Source: Atractiella rhizophila (taxonomy: Eukaryota). From it: a DNA stretch of 39,884 nt. Under the pieces are notes generated by a model. It searched no databases. It was not told where the DNA came from and was given only the letters and a program-made list of their open reading frames with translations. The position numbers and the translations under genes were made by a program. Positions 9,521 to 21,312 of the stretch are shown in pieces. Position 1 is the stretch's first letter. Every line of letters begins with the position of its first letter. The DNA lies in the NCBI GenBank assembly GCA_021432655.1, contig MU271474.1:18018-57901 (forward strand). Reading direction: 5' to 3'.

Positions 9521-12500
9521 TTGACCGTCTGTCCATGGCTTCTCCACGATTACAAGGTCTTGGAAAAACCAATTGGGATCCGTGGAGCTTGGAGATCTAG
9601 GGGACAGGCTGTTGGAAAAGGGAACCTTAAGATCATATTTTTCCTCGAGGACGGGAAGACGAGCAAAGGAATTATTCGAAACGTTTACTACGCTCCTGGA
9701 CTCGGCGTCAATCTCATCTCCTCAAAAGTTCTCATGCAAAATGGAGTAGTCTTCGGAAACGATACGGAACGAGTTTATCTACACACTTCGAATGGAGAAA
9801 GGTTCGGGATCGCCCATATTGGTGATACCCTAATCACACTCCAGGCGAGTTATCTACCTGCATCAGCACCCCTCTCCAACGAACACACAACCGTTCCTCA
9901 TACGTCTTTTATCGCAGTGCCTCTTCGTATATGGCATCAACGTCTAGCACACCCCAGCAACGAACGACTGCGACTAGCGATTAAAAATGAAATTGTGTCT
10001 CCCTCACATGTACAGGATAGCTGCAATGCATCCCTTTTAGACTTGACATGTGCAAGAGGGAAAGCTACGTACGGAAGGAGTAAGGGACCTGCGAAGATTA
10101 GAGACCATAGACCGGGGAGGACGTTGGGATACGATACATGGGGTCCATCGACAGTTGCGAGTATACAAGGATTCCGATACGTTTTTGGCGTCGTCGATGA
10201 GGCGTCCAGGTATATGATTGTAGGAGGAATGAAGCTCAAATCCGAGGCACCATCAATCTTGGACGGGGTCAGAGCAGCTATCAAAAGGGACCTTGACGTA
10301 GACGTCCGTAAGATACACCACGACCAAGCCATGGAATTCATGTCGCTTGCAATGAAAAATTGGTGTGACAAACATCAAATTTCAAACATGAAGACCATGC
10401 TGTATGCACACGATCAGGGCGGAATGTGGGAGCGACAATGGTATACTCCTTTCAACATGGTTCGATGTCTCCTCCTCGACTCCGGACTCCCTTTGTACCT
10501 TTGGTATGAGGCGTTGAAAGTTGCCGTCCATATGAAGAACATTATGCCTACGAAAGCGAACGAAAGAAATCAATCACCCTACGAAAAGTTTCATGGAAGA
10601 AAGCCTGATATGACGCACATCAGGGTATTTGGTTGTCTCGCTGCAGTTACCATCATGCCTGAGCAAAGGGATTCGAAGCTATTACCCCGAGCAAAGCTGA
10701 TGTATTTCGTTGGATATGTCCCTGACGGTTACGGATGGCAATTCTGGGATCCCGCAAGGCGGACAATAGTAGAAGGCAAATCAGCTGGATTCTTCGAAAA
10801 TAAGTTCTACTCAGAAAGAGGCTATCAAGAAACAGAGAGAATACGGAACCTGGAGCCTGACGATTTCTTTGACATGCTGATACCACGGAGCGATAAGGAA
10901 GAGGGAGAGAAAGGGCGGATAGAGGGAGAGCTGGGTGGACAACGTATAAACACAACCGAGATGGAAGTGGACGATGTTCAAACATCAAGTCCTGTGGTAC
11001 CTGATACACCGGAATCTCCTACACTGTCAAGAAAGCACTTAGACAAAACTCAAGTGGCAGTAGAACAAGGGGGAGAACCAGCTACCACCGATACGTTAGA
11101 ACCTCCAGAAGGGGACCCCTCGTTTGTCCAAGATCGAGTTGCGGAAATCGAAGCATCCATACGGAAGGCGAGGGCCCACGAAGAAGAAATTGCGAGATTC
11201 TCCCCTCAACGACAACAACGGCTGGGGAGAGGAATACGTCGTGCAGGGCAGAATAGGTGGGATTACAAGAAACTTCACGAGCGAGGTCTATACTACGCTC
11301 AAGTGTACGGAAATGATGAAGTCGTCGCACCTGCAAGGGAACTGGCGGCGGAAGTGAAACGAAACCCATCAGTCTACAAGGTTACGCTTGAGGACGATAC
11401 GGACAATTATGAAGACCACGAAGTCTACTGGACAGGCAGCATCGATGAACCAACGTTCAAACAAGCGATCGCTGGACCTGACCGCGATAAGTGGTTAGCT
11501 GCGATGGTGGTGGAGATGGCAGCGCTCGAAGAGCGAGGTCTATACTACGCTCAAGTGTACGGAAATGATGAAGTCGTCGCACCTGCAAGGGAACTGGCGG
11601 CGGAAGTGAAACGAAACCCATCAGTCTACAAGGTTACGCTTGAGGACGATACGGACAATTATGAAGACCACGAAGTCTACTGGACAGGCAGCATCGATGA
11701 ACCAACGTTCAAACAAGCAATCGCTGGACCTGACCGCGATAAGTGGTTAGCTGCGATGGTGGCGGAGATGGCAGCGCTCGAGCTAATGGGGACGTGGAAA
11801 GGTGGATTAAAGGAGTTGCCTGAGGGGAGAAAGGCTTTAGGAGTTAAATGGGTGCTTACGGTAAAGCGTGATCCGAGAGGGGAGGTGATAAAGTACAAAG
11901 CACGCCTTGTGGTACGAGGGGATCAGCAAAAGGCAGGCCTGGACTACACGGAGACTTGGGCACCAACCGTGCGGACTGCATCTGTCAGAGCAGTACTGTC
12001 CATCTCAGCCCAAAAAGGGTGGGTCCGGCGACAATTCGACGTCAGCAACGCTTTCCTGAATGGCGATCTCGAAGAACAAGTATTCGTTAAACAGCCACCC
12101 GGTTTCATCGACGAGGAACGCCCGAAAGGCGTTTACGAATTAGGGAAGGCGCTCTATGGGTTGTGTCAGGCAGGGCGACAATGGTGGAAGAAGATTCATG
12201 GAGTACTTACTCAGTTGGGTTTCGTACGGTCTACCGCGGACGAAGGCGTGTATATTCTGCATAAGGACGGCAACACCCTCATCCTCTGTCTCCACGTTGA
12301 TGATGGATTAGTCGTTGGAAACTCACATGCCCTTATGGACTCCATCTTTCAAAAACTAGGCGAATTCTTCTCCTTAAGGGCTGGAACAGCATCCGTGTTC
12401 TTGGGAATCCAGATCGAGGCAGAAGATGGATCCAGTATGGTCAAGATACACCAAGGAGGCTACGCTAGGAAAATAGTGCAGCGATACCTGGGGAACAACG

Positions 12501-13057
12501 TATCGCCAGTTCAGATGCCATGCGACTCCAACAAACGACTGTCCCCCGAAATGTCACCCAAATCTGCTGAAGAACGAGAAAGCATGCAACATATACCTTA
12601 CCGAGAGGCCGTTGGAGCACTCATCTACCTTACGACATGCACTCGCCCTGATATCGCTTACGCCGTCTGCGAGGTTGCGCGTTACTGCGATAACCCGGGA
12701 CTAGACCACTGGCATGCAGTCAAACGTATCTTTCGCTATGTCTCTGGCAGTCTAGATCACGGATTAGTATACGACGGATACATCTTCCCGCAACCATCAC
12801 TGGATGCGTTCGTCGATGCGGACCATGCAGCGGACCCTACGACGCGACGCTCTGTCTCTGGCGTACTCTTCCGGAATGCTGGTGCGGCGATCTCATGGAT
12901 ATCAAAACGACAGCTAAGCGTGGCTGTCTCCTCGGCGGAAGCCGAGTACATCGCCATGTCCATTGCCACTCGGGAGGCGGTATGGCTGCGCAGGCTGTTC
13001 TCCGACCTGGGATTTCCGCAAGTGCAGCCGATACTGATACGGGGCGATAATCAGGGA
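9521..13057 (+). mobile_element. Ty1/Copia pol fragment (protease C-terminal part, GAG-pre-integrase, integrase, RT, partial RNase H); no gag or LTR
   Basis: NVYYAPGLGVNLIS, WHQRLAH, DTWGP/VDEASR/DQAMEF/MWER integrase motifs, KYKARLVVRG, DVSNAFLNG, ALYGLCQAGRQW, HVDD, TRPDIAYAV, DADHA, SSAEAEY, GDNQ. Integrase precedes RT, as in Copia. Confidence 0.96.
11279..11782 (+). repeat. 252-bp in-frame tandem duplication inside Copia pol
   Basis: GAGCGAGGTCTATACTAC... starts at 11279 and again at 11531. The 84-aa block ERGLYYAQ...EMAAL is repeated. Confidence 0.95.
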
Positions 13058-14129
13058 AAGATCGAGTTGCGGAAATCGAAGCATCCATACGGAAGGCGAG
13101 GGCCCACGAAGAAGAAATTGCGAGATTCTCCCCTCAACGACAACAACGGCTGGGGAGAGGAATACGTCGCGCAGGGCAGAATAGGTGGGATTACAAGAAA
13201 CTTCATGAGCGAGGTCTATACTACGCTCAAGTGTACGGAAATGATGAAGTCGTCGCACCTGCAAGGGAACTGGCGGCAGAAGTGAAACGAAACCCATCAG
13301 TCTACAAGGTTACGCTTGAGGACGATACGAACAATTATGAAGACCACGAAGTCTATTGGACAGGCAGCATCGATGAACCAACGTTCAAACAAGCAATCGC
13401 TGGACCTGACCGCGATAAGTGGTTAGCTGCGATGGTGGCAGAGATGGCGGCGCTCGAGTTAATGGGGACGTGGAAAGGTGGATTGAAGGAGTTGCCTGAG
13501 GGGAGAAAGGCTTTAGGAGTTAAATGGGTGCTTACGGTAAAGCGTGACCCGAGAGGGGAGGTGATAAAGTACAAAGCACGCCTGGTGGTACGAGGGGATC
13601 AGTAAAAGGCAGGCCTGGACTACACGGAGACTTGGGCACCAACCGTGCGGACTGCATCTGTCAGAGCAGTACCATCTCAGCCCAAAAAGGGTGGGTCCGG
13701 CAACAATTCGACGTCAGCAACGCTTTCCTGAATGGCGATCTCGAAGAACAAGTATTCGTTAAACAGCCACCCGGTTTCATCGACGAGGAACGCCCGAAAG
13801 GCGTCTACGAATTAGGGAAGGCGCTCTATGGGTTGTGCCAGGCAGGGCGACAATGGTGGAAGAAGATCCATGGAGTACTTACCCAGTTGGGTTTCGTACG
13901 GTCTACCGCGGACGAAGGCGTGTATATTCTGCATGAGGACGGCAACACCCTCATCCTCTGCCTCCACGTTGATGATGGATTAGTCGTTGGAAACTCACAT
14001 GCCCTTATGGACTCCATCTTTCAAAAACTGGGCGAATTCTTCTCCTTAAGGGCTGGAACAGCATCCGTGTTCTTGGGAATCCAGATTGAGGCAGAAGATG
14101 GATCCAGTATGGTCAAGATACACCAAGGA
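13058..14129 (+). mobile_element. Second, degenerate copy of the same Copia pol segment (matches 11130-12457 without the 252-bp duplication)
   Basis: Begins AAGATCGAGTTGCGG as at 11130. Has a CAA>TAA stop at 13603-13605 and a 4-bp deletion near 13671. Identity ends at 14129. Confidence 0.95.
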
Positions 14130-15321
14130 TAGCTACATGCAAGTTCACCACGGCATTGGAAATTCCGGTACAGCATTAAAACCACACTATGCCAGCATTT
14201 GCCTTCTCCCTTCACGACATGGGCGAACCTCGCATGTTTAAGGGACTCGGAGTTCACGTTGGGGCTCAGCGCAACTTTGCAAAGCAAGCTGTGCCGTCAA
14301 GTAGGTGCTAAAGAGACTAGATGATGCATTCTAGGCTAACGGGGCTGGAAGCTTTGGTTGTCTGGATGGAGATGCTGTTAGTCGTCGCCTGCGTTCGAAC
14401 GTGGAAACTTAATCCTCGTTAACTCAGAACCGTCAGCCGCACCTCCAACAAAAGGCGGTTTGGATGTCAGTTATTGTTTAGTCAATCGTTCCCAAGCTAC
14501 GTGTCGACCTCAAACCAGTTGCAATGTTTCTTTTCAGTGGCGCTGCAACGGCCTGGCACTTGAGTAAACAACATCGTGATACCATAACATGGCAGCCCTG
14601 TTCCTAGTGCAGTTGGGAGTGACATGCAACACAAAGGAAGCATTGAAGTTGAACAAAGAGGCGAGTTGCTGAGGAGGCGCATGACAGTGACGCTATCTGC
14701 GTGCCTTGCAAGTGTACAATGAGTGCTCCGTCTCGACGAACATATGCAATCGTTTATCATTTAATGCATTTATGGAGTAAAATAACACAAAGGGGCAATG
14801 AAGAAGTGGTTAGTATAATCGGACACTGGTGTACACATGAGTAAAAGCTCGTGGATCAAAAGGCAGACAAGGACCTGGAAGTTACTCAGGGTGACCGAGG
14901 TGAAGGGACAAGGCGATTGTCCTAGTCGGAGGTTGGTGATTCATAGATGCTCGTGTCGTTAAGTCTTGCAAGAGAGCGGGGGTACTCCACTTAAGGAGAG
15001 CTTTGCCCGTTCGGTTAGTGAGGTTGAAGCGAAATCAGTACCAAAGTGGCGTTTGCCTGGTTTTCCTCCCAGTCTCATGGCATACTAGCTATACAGAACT
15101 TGTCCCATCCAATGGCCGAAGAATTGAAGTTTGGATCGATGCTTCTAAATCGGCCTGGCAAGACGGTAAGATTGAGTAAAGAAAAAAGACGGGGTGGCTA
15201 CAATGGAAAGACCCTTGTGTGCAATTTTGGTCACCAAAAAAGTGCTCCGAGACGTCTAAGTGCACACCAAACTGTTAAAAGATTGTTTTTGCATTGATAA
15301 CTCTGTCAAGCGAAAATAGGT

Positions 15322-15580
15322 CTAACAGCATAATCTTCTTGAATTTGTGCCGACTCTTCGCAAAATCGAAAGCGCAGAGCCAGACAGCCGTACTGCGTCT
15401 ACACCTGAAATATCCGAAGCATTGATTCGAGCTACTACTAGGGCCATCTGTCGTGGGTCAAGATGTGAGATAGGATCACGCCAGAAGGATTTAACGAATC
15501 CCAGAAAAATACCGTAGATAATCTCAGATGGCGTATCGCGACTCGCGAGGAATGGTAAAATGAAGCCCACTGGGTCAGAA
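15322..15580 (-). mobile_element. Degenerate fragment of a basidiomycete transposase-like protein (CACTA/EnSpm-related)
   Basis: RDTPSEIIYGIFLGFVKSFWRD...ARINASDISG resembles the DTPVEILHxxLLGxVKYxWRD motif of fungal transposon-derived proteins. Confidence 0.5.
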
Positions 15581-16776
15581 GAATGAATTGTGATGGAAGT
15601 GGTGGGTCTGCCCTGGGGCATAAACCCTCTCTCCCGGAGTGTAAAAGCACATGAGCCTCTGCCTCACTCTTCTTCAACAAACGGTTCTGGCTCTCCTCTC
15701 TCACCTTCGCATCGAGTTCTCTGGCCGCAAGGGCCATATTCGACAGACTGGCCAACCGTGTCTGGCCCTCGTCACCCACCCTCTCTTCCTCTTCAGAAAT
15801 CAAGGAGCGGATGCAAATCCACATCTTCTCCCGACCGTTCGCGACATCAACTAACCTAACACCCTTCGCCTCCCGGGCTCCCACGTCCCTCTACTCCACA
15901 CATACCTTCTTGCTCCCCTCCGCGTAAACGTGCTGTACTCCATCCCGTACAACCCCATAGACCGGTAGCTTGGATTCAACACCACACCTACTTCCCAACC
16001 ACATCAATGAGAATGCAGCCGCCAGAGCCACTCCTCCTGCAAAGGCTTTTCTGCGCAAATGGGAGGCAGAATAGGGAGAGAGCGTTGGTTGCCATGATGT
16101 TGGAGAGATGGGCTTCAGCTGGAGAAGTCGAGGGCTTGATAAGTCCCAAATGGATGTCATTCGAAAAGTACATGTTAGGTCCCTGTTAGACGACCAGCTT
16201 GGCTCGCAGGAACTGGCCCAAGGATTATCGTTAGCCTGAACGAATGGTTATGCTACCATGCGGGCGTGATGCTCTTGACCAGCTCTTTCAATCTTTCACA
16301 GTGTTCGGTGGAGAAAAGTACCATTGTAGACTTCCCAACTGACGACGATGACCTCTCCATCCTCCTTTCCTTAATCCGGAAGCCAGATGAGTCCTCACCT
16401 CACCCTCTTCTCCAGTCCCTGAGCTCGATCTCCCTCACTCCATACATCTTTTCCGGCGCTCTCCAAACACCGACAATAGGCACCTTTGGATTCGTACCCT
16501 GCCTCCCGTCCGCCTTCACTTTGAGTACTCTCGCATGAGTGATCCATGCCAAGCCTTCCCTACACCCAAGCAGCACTGCCCCTCCCCTCTTTCCAACAAT
16601 CTCTCCCAGTAACGTGTTTCTCACCTTCCTCGAAGGCGGACAGGGAGGCATCGATTGTTCCACCGCACAGAAACATGGTTGGACCGAACGCTTTGCTCAG
16701 AATCCCAGGTTGGGAATCGGAACCGCGAGACTTGCCAGAGACGGAGACGGCGATCTCGATGAGAGGATTGAAGTCT

Positions 16777-16836
16777 CTACTACTATTCCTTTGCAACGGA
16801 ACTGTTCCGTCAGTCAAACTTGGGTTAGGGTTAGGG
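16777..16836 (-). repeat. Terminus of repeat family B (hairpin plus TAGTAG end on minus strand) with adjacent TTAGGG units
   Basis: CTACTACTATTCCT...ACGGAACTGTTCCGTCAGTCAAA is shared with 25680-25745. Confidence 0.75.
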
Positions 16837-17262
16837 ATGAAGGTGTGACCAACATCAACAGGAGAGGGCAGAACCATCAGAGTCCAACAAAGTCAAACTC
16901 CAAAGCAAACCAAAGACGAAACACTCACAGTGTAGCTTCTCCCTTCTTGATATGTTCACTTCCAACAGTAAATAACTAGGAGCAAGAGGGGGAGGAGCGA
17001 TAGTGGGGTGTGAGATGAGGGGTTTCACCAGAAGACAAGACTGGCTAGATCCTGTTTCGCTAAGGCTTCTTCAGTTCTGGTGATGGTGAGGGCTCTTTGG
17101 GAGGTGCTCTGGGTGGTTTATAAGTGAAGGAATAGGGATTACCCATCGCATCATGCAGAGTTGTTATCTGAGCTTCAGTGTACGCTGAGGTTCTTTCTTG
17201 TGTTTTCTTTATTCATTGCAATGTTGAGTCCTTATGTGTAAGGAGATAGGGTGGAATCTGGT

Positions 17263-18232
17263 CTACTAACAGTACTTTGGGGTTCAACCCCACCTCTTTC
17301 AGGAATGAGACCCAGGCTGAATCCTTGCCTCCTGGCTGCCCAGGGTACCACCCTACCTCAGTCAGGAACAAGATCCTGGCTACATACATCCTTGCCTCTT
17401 AGGCACCCAGGGTACAACGACCCTGACGCCGTTGGGAACAGGATCCTGCCTACATCCTTGCCTCCTCGCTGCCCAGCACGTGTAGAGGTGAAGATGGGAC
17501 TGAGAACCAATATTTCATGAAACTCAGCCAGGCAACTGCTTAAGAGTGATTATGAGCATGGACAGATTGATACCCTGCTAAACGTAGTGCAGGCATTGGA
17601 TGTAACTGTGAGCAATCGAGGGCCGCATTGTGTAGAATCAATTTGGTGTATACATGAACTTGAAAGTATGATCAAGATCAAGATAATGGAGCCCTTGAAA
17701 ATAGTAATACAATTAAAATAAAACATGTCAAGAATGATTTAAAAAATGTGACCAATTAAAGAGCTTGTTTTGAATCATTATGGTCAAATATGAGGATAAA
17801 CAGATGATCAATAATGGTTTTAGTGCCAATGAACATGATCATTGCTGAAACATTTTACAGGGCGACAGGTGCATGTTACGTTATTCTAAACCCTTTGTCA
17901 CTCTTACATCTACTAGTAATTGTAACCTGTGAGCGAGATTGTAAAACATGCAATGATGAGGGTTATTTGAAGGAACATTGTTTCAGGTGAAGCATATGGA
18001 GCTAGAGCACCTCTGTGGGAGTGATATATTATTTATATGGAAATTGCATGTATATATGAACTTTGTCGCCACATCCTCATTAGCCACCTTTGGTGATCAG
18101 CTAGAGATTAGAATGTTTGGAGCAAAATTGCACTTTCCACAGCCTCTACACCTGTGTCGATAACCTATCGACTGGTGACGTTTTGAGTGAAATTGCACTT
18201 TCCACACCCCCTCGACACCTGTGTCGATAGGT
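17263..18232. mobile_element. Non-coding repeat family A, internally deleted copy
   Basis: Starts CTACTAACAGTACTTT as at 27723. Has ~63-bp tandem units, then an AT-rich core aligning by eye with 28476-29110, then ~67-bp units containing GTCGATAACCTATCGAC. Confidence 0.85.
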
Positions 18233-21200
18233 AGACACTCTGAATGCACGCCTGTTCTCGCCTGTCTCTCACCATCAGTGTGCTGATCTGCACATTGTAG
18301 CAAGGACAAACACACCTCACCTCCGTGCAGTCTATGGGGAGGTCCATACCCTCCAATCCCCTGTCTGCACTCTTGAACTCCTCCTTCCATGATCCCCACG
18401 AGCCTCCTCAAATATACAACCTCTGCTCTTCATCCTTAGCTAAACTATAAACGCAAATATGCCACACGCAAGGAACAAACAAACTGTAAGCCGTAAAATA
18501 CGCATAGGATAGGTGTGAATTAGACGCAGGTTGGGGAGGCATGAAATCCCATATACTTGTTTGCGAAAGCGAGCCTGTCGCTCTTAAATGTCGACGGGCG
18601 ATTTCCCTTCTAGCGCGCCAACGCCTTCCCGACTGCCTGTGTGAAGATTCCTACCAAGTCAGCTCTTCACAACACCGCCATTATTCTGGAGACGAGGGAG
18701 GGAGACGAACCCCCAGTGGCGACGTTCAAGCCAGCTTTCATCCACTGATACGTGCTATGCTTTGGACGGCCACGAGAGCGGTTCGACCAACCCTCTTCTT
18801 ATAGGGAAACGTTCTATCCAGCCAGTTCTGTCATACAAGATATTTCATGGCAGAGGGAATAGAATGCACTTTTTAATATTTGTGGGCGCATCCAGCACAG
18901 ACATGGTAGGTCAGTCGTCGGAGAGGAGTAGGCGAGGGGGGGGGGTCGTACAGTTGTCTCGCAGCTTGTAGAACTGTTGGAGAGTTTTGTCCTGCCATCC
19001 AATGCAGTTAGCACCCGAACAGGTGCCACAGAAGGAAGAGGAAAACTCACGAAAAGCGGGGTAACGAAGAACGTTTGATGGAAGGGCATAGGTCATACCT
19101 TCCCGCCTTGCAGTTCTAAGAGTCTCTCACCCGGCTTAAGCGCGATACCTCAATCTTCTTGAGGCATGTGACTTTTGGTCAAACTATGTTCATTTTCTTA
19201 AGCAAGTGGACGAGAGATGAGATCGATGAGAGTGGAGAGGTGGCGACGTGTCAGCAACGACTATGCTGGCAGTTTCGTGACGCTGAAATCCGCGATCTTC
19301 CCATCCGCGGACGTTGGAACCACAGACTCCTTTGCGCGGATCCTGCATCCATCCTTTGATGAGGTGCAAGTTGGACACAGGAAGAAAAGGAAGACAGACT
19401 GGCCTCTGGTGAGATCTTGCGCATCAGGAACGCGATGCGTCGCGAATTTGACCTGTGTGCACTTGTCTAGTACCACCCCCAGATGATGCCATGGTCACAG
19501 GGCGCCTTGTGAAAGCGAAAGTGAATGAGTTTTTTGGATCCGAAACGGACCACCACTGGCAGCTCTTTTCGTCTCCTCCGCCTCGCAAGCAGTCACTAGT
19601 CCGCCGTCTCTGAACGTCCTCCATCGTCTCTCGATCTCCGAGTCCGCCGCCCTTCCCTCTTTCTCCCTCTGAGCCACCCGATTCTTTCATGCAGTCTCAC
19701 GCCTCACATCCTCACCTCTTTGCGTCTCGCTGGTCTCCTTCGCTGATTGCTGGTTCTGATGTCACTCTCCTGTTCCAGCCTCCGCCATCATCCCCTCCGA
19801 CTTCTCTCTCCTCCACTGTACTCTTCCATCGCAGCTATCCCCCACCGTCCTCTTTGCTGATGGACCCTTCCTAGACTACGGGCGATGGAGTTGGTACGAA
19901 CTGAAATACTTGGACAGTTGGTGACGGAGCAGGCTCGACACGGTGTGGAGGAGAGATGGCCGCGAGGTGCGGGCAAGTGATGAATGGACAAGTACAATCA
20001 GCGCAAAGAAAAAAGGAGGGAATGAGATGCACTGCCAACAGAGTTTGCATAATGGAAGGTGAAGTGTGACAGAGATGGAAGGGGCAGAGTGGTACGAGAG
20101 AAGAGGTGACAGTCTCGTTCCCTCTCCCTCTTTTGCATTTCCGTTTACTGACATGGGTATTAGGTTCCTCCCCCGTCACCTGCCGGCCATTGCCCCTCTC
20201 CCCCATGCAACCCCGTCCCGCCTCAGCACTGCTCGTCCCTTCCAGCGTCCTGACTTACCTTCACTGCAGGGCTACGAAGCGAGAGGGCAGTTATAGGGAT
20301 GCAGTAAGTGCCGTCCTGCACCAGTCTCAATACAACCATCCGACCTATCCCACTTTCCCATAATCCTCGCCACCCCTCTCGCCTCTCTCGCTCCAGCATC
20401 CCTCTCTCCCCACACCTGCCCCTGCCGACATCCATCATCCTTTGCTCCTCCAGCAGCCTTTCTGTCCTCCGAAACGTACGCCAGGCCGAGTTTGAGGTCG
20501 GATCGCCAAAGTAGAGGAGGGAGTGAGACAGCAGGTCCGGATCCTCTCACTGCCTCTCAAGCAGAAGGGACAAGAAAGGTTGGGAATGGCCATGGGAGTA
20601 GGGTTCCGTTCGACATCACGCGTCACGAGCACTTAGGGTCCGTGATGATGAACGAACGTCGACACGAAAGAACACGACGAGCCCATACTGATCAAGTTTC
20701 AGGAATTTCAGGCATCTCAAGTAATCGGAAAAATTGGAGCCATATAGTAGAGGATAATAGCATCGAGCGATTGTTATGCCTGAGCTGGAGAGGCTGAAAG
20801 GCGAGATCCAGTGTCGTCTCTTCCAGAGGTGAGTATTTGCTTGTTTTGTGCAAGAAAAACGCAGGAATATGAGCGATAAGCCCGATCAGGCACGATCGCT
20901 GTCGCTAAACTGCTTATCAATAAATTGACAAGGAGGTCTTGCAGTTTGATGCTTTTGAGTGACATTACTGCAAGAGGGTGGACGTACGTTGAAGCGTTCC
21001 AAGAAGACCTCATTCCACTGCCCTGTCCATGAGCTTCCATATGACTTCAGAGACAGATGCAGGTGCCGTTTACCATACCAATGAACCGACCAGCACGAGC
21101 ACCTCAATTGGGCAACTTGCGACCATATCCAAAGTATAAGGTCCAACTGCTGATTCATTGTATGGAACCCGCCTAGGGACAAAGCTGATACAGTAAATTA

Positions 21201-21312
21201 GATTGCAACCAGCCCACGCGCTTTCTGCTTTGTTCAAGTTTATAACACAATAAAAGTCCCCGTTATTCAACATTGCTTCCGCAATCGTAATCCAATCTCT
21301 TGTTTCGCCAAT

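Noticed and set aside
9521..13285. Intact 1254-aa polyprotein
   Set aside because: No gag, no protease active site and no ATG start. RNase H is truncated and the tail is an out-of-frame read into the second copy.
15590..16660. Minus-strand protein-like frames with a hydrophobic segment
   Set aside because: Interrupted by stops and no recognisable motif; may be a gene relic but cannot be supported.
18400..21300. Many short overlapping ORFs
   Set aside because: Low-complexity CT/GA-rich sequence with no convincing domain or exon chain.
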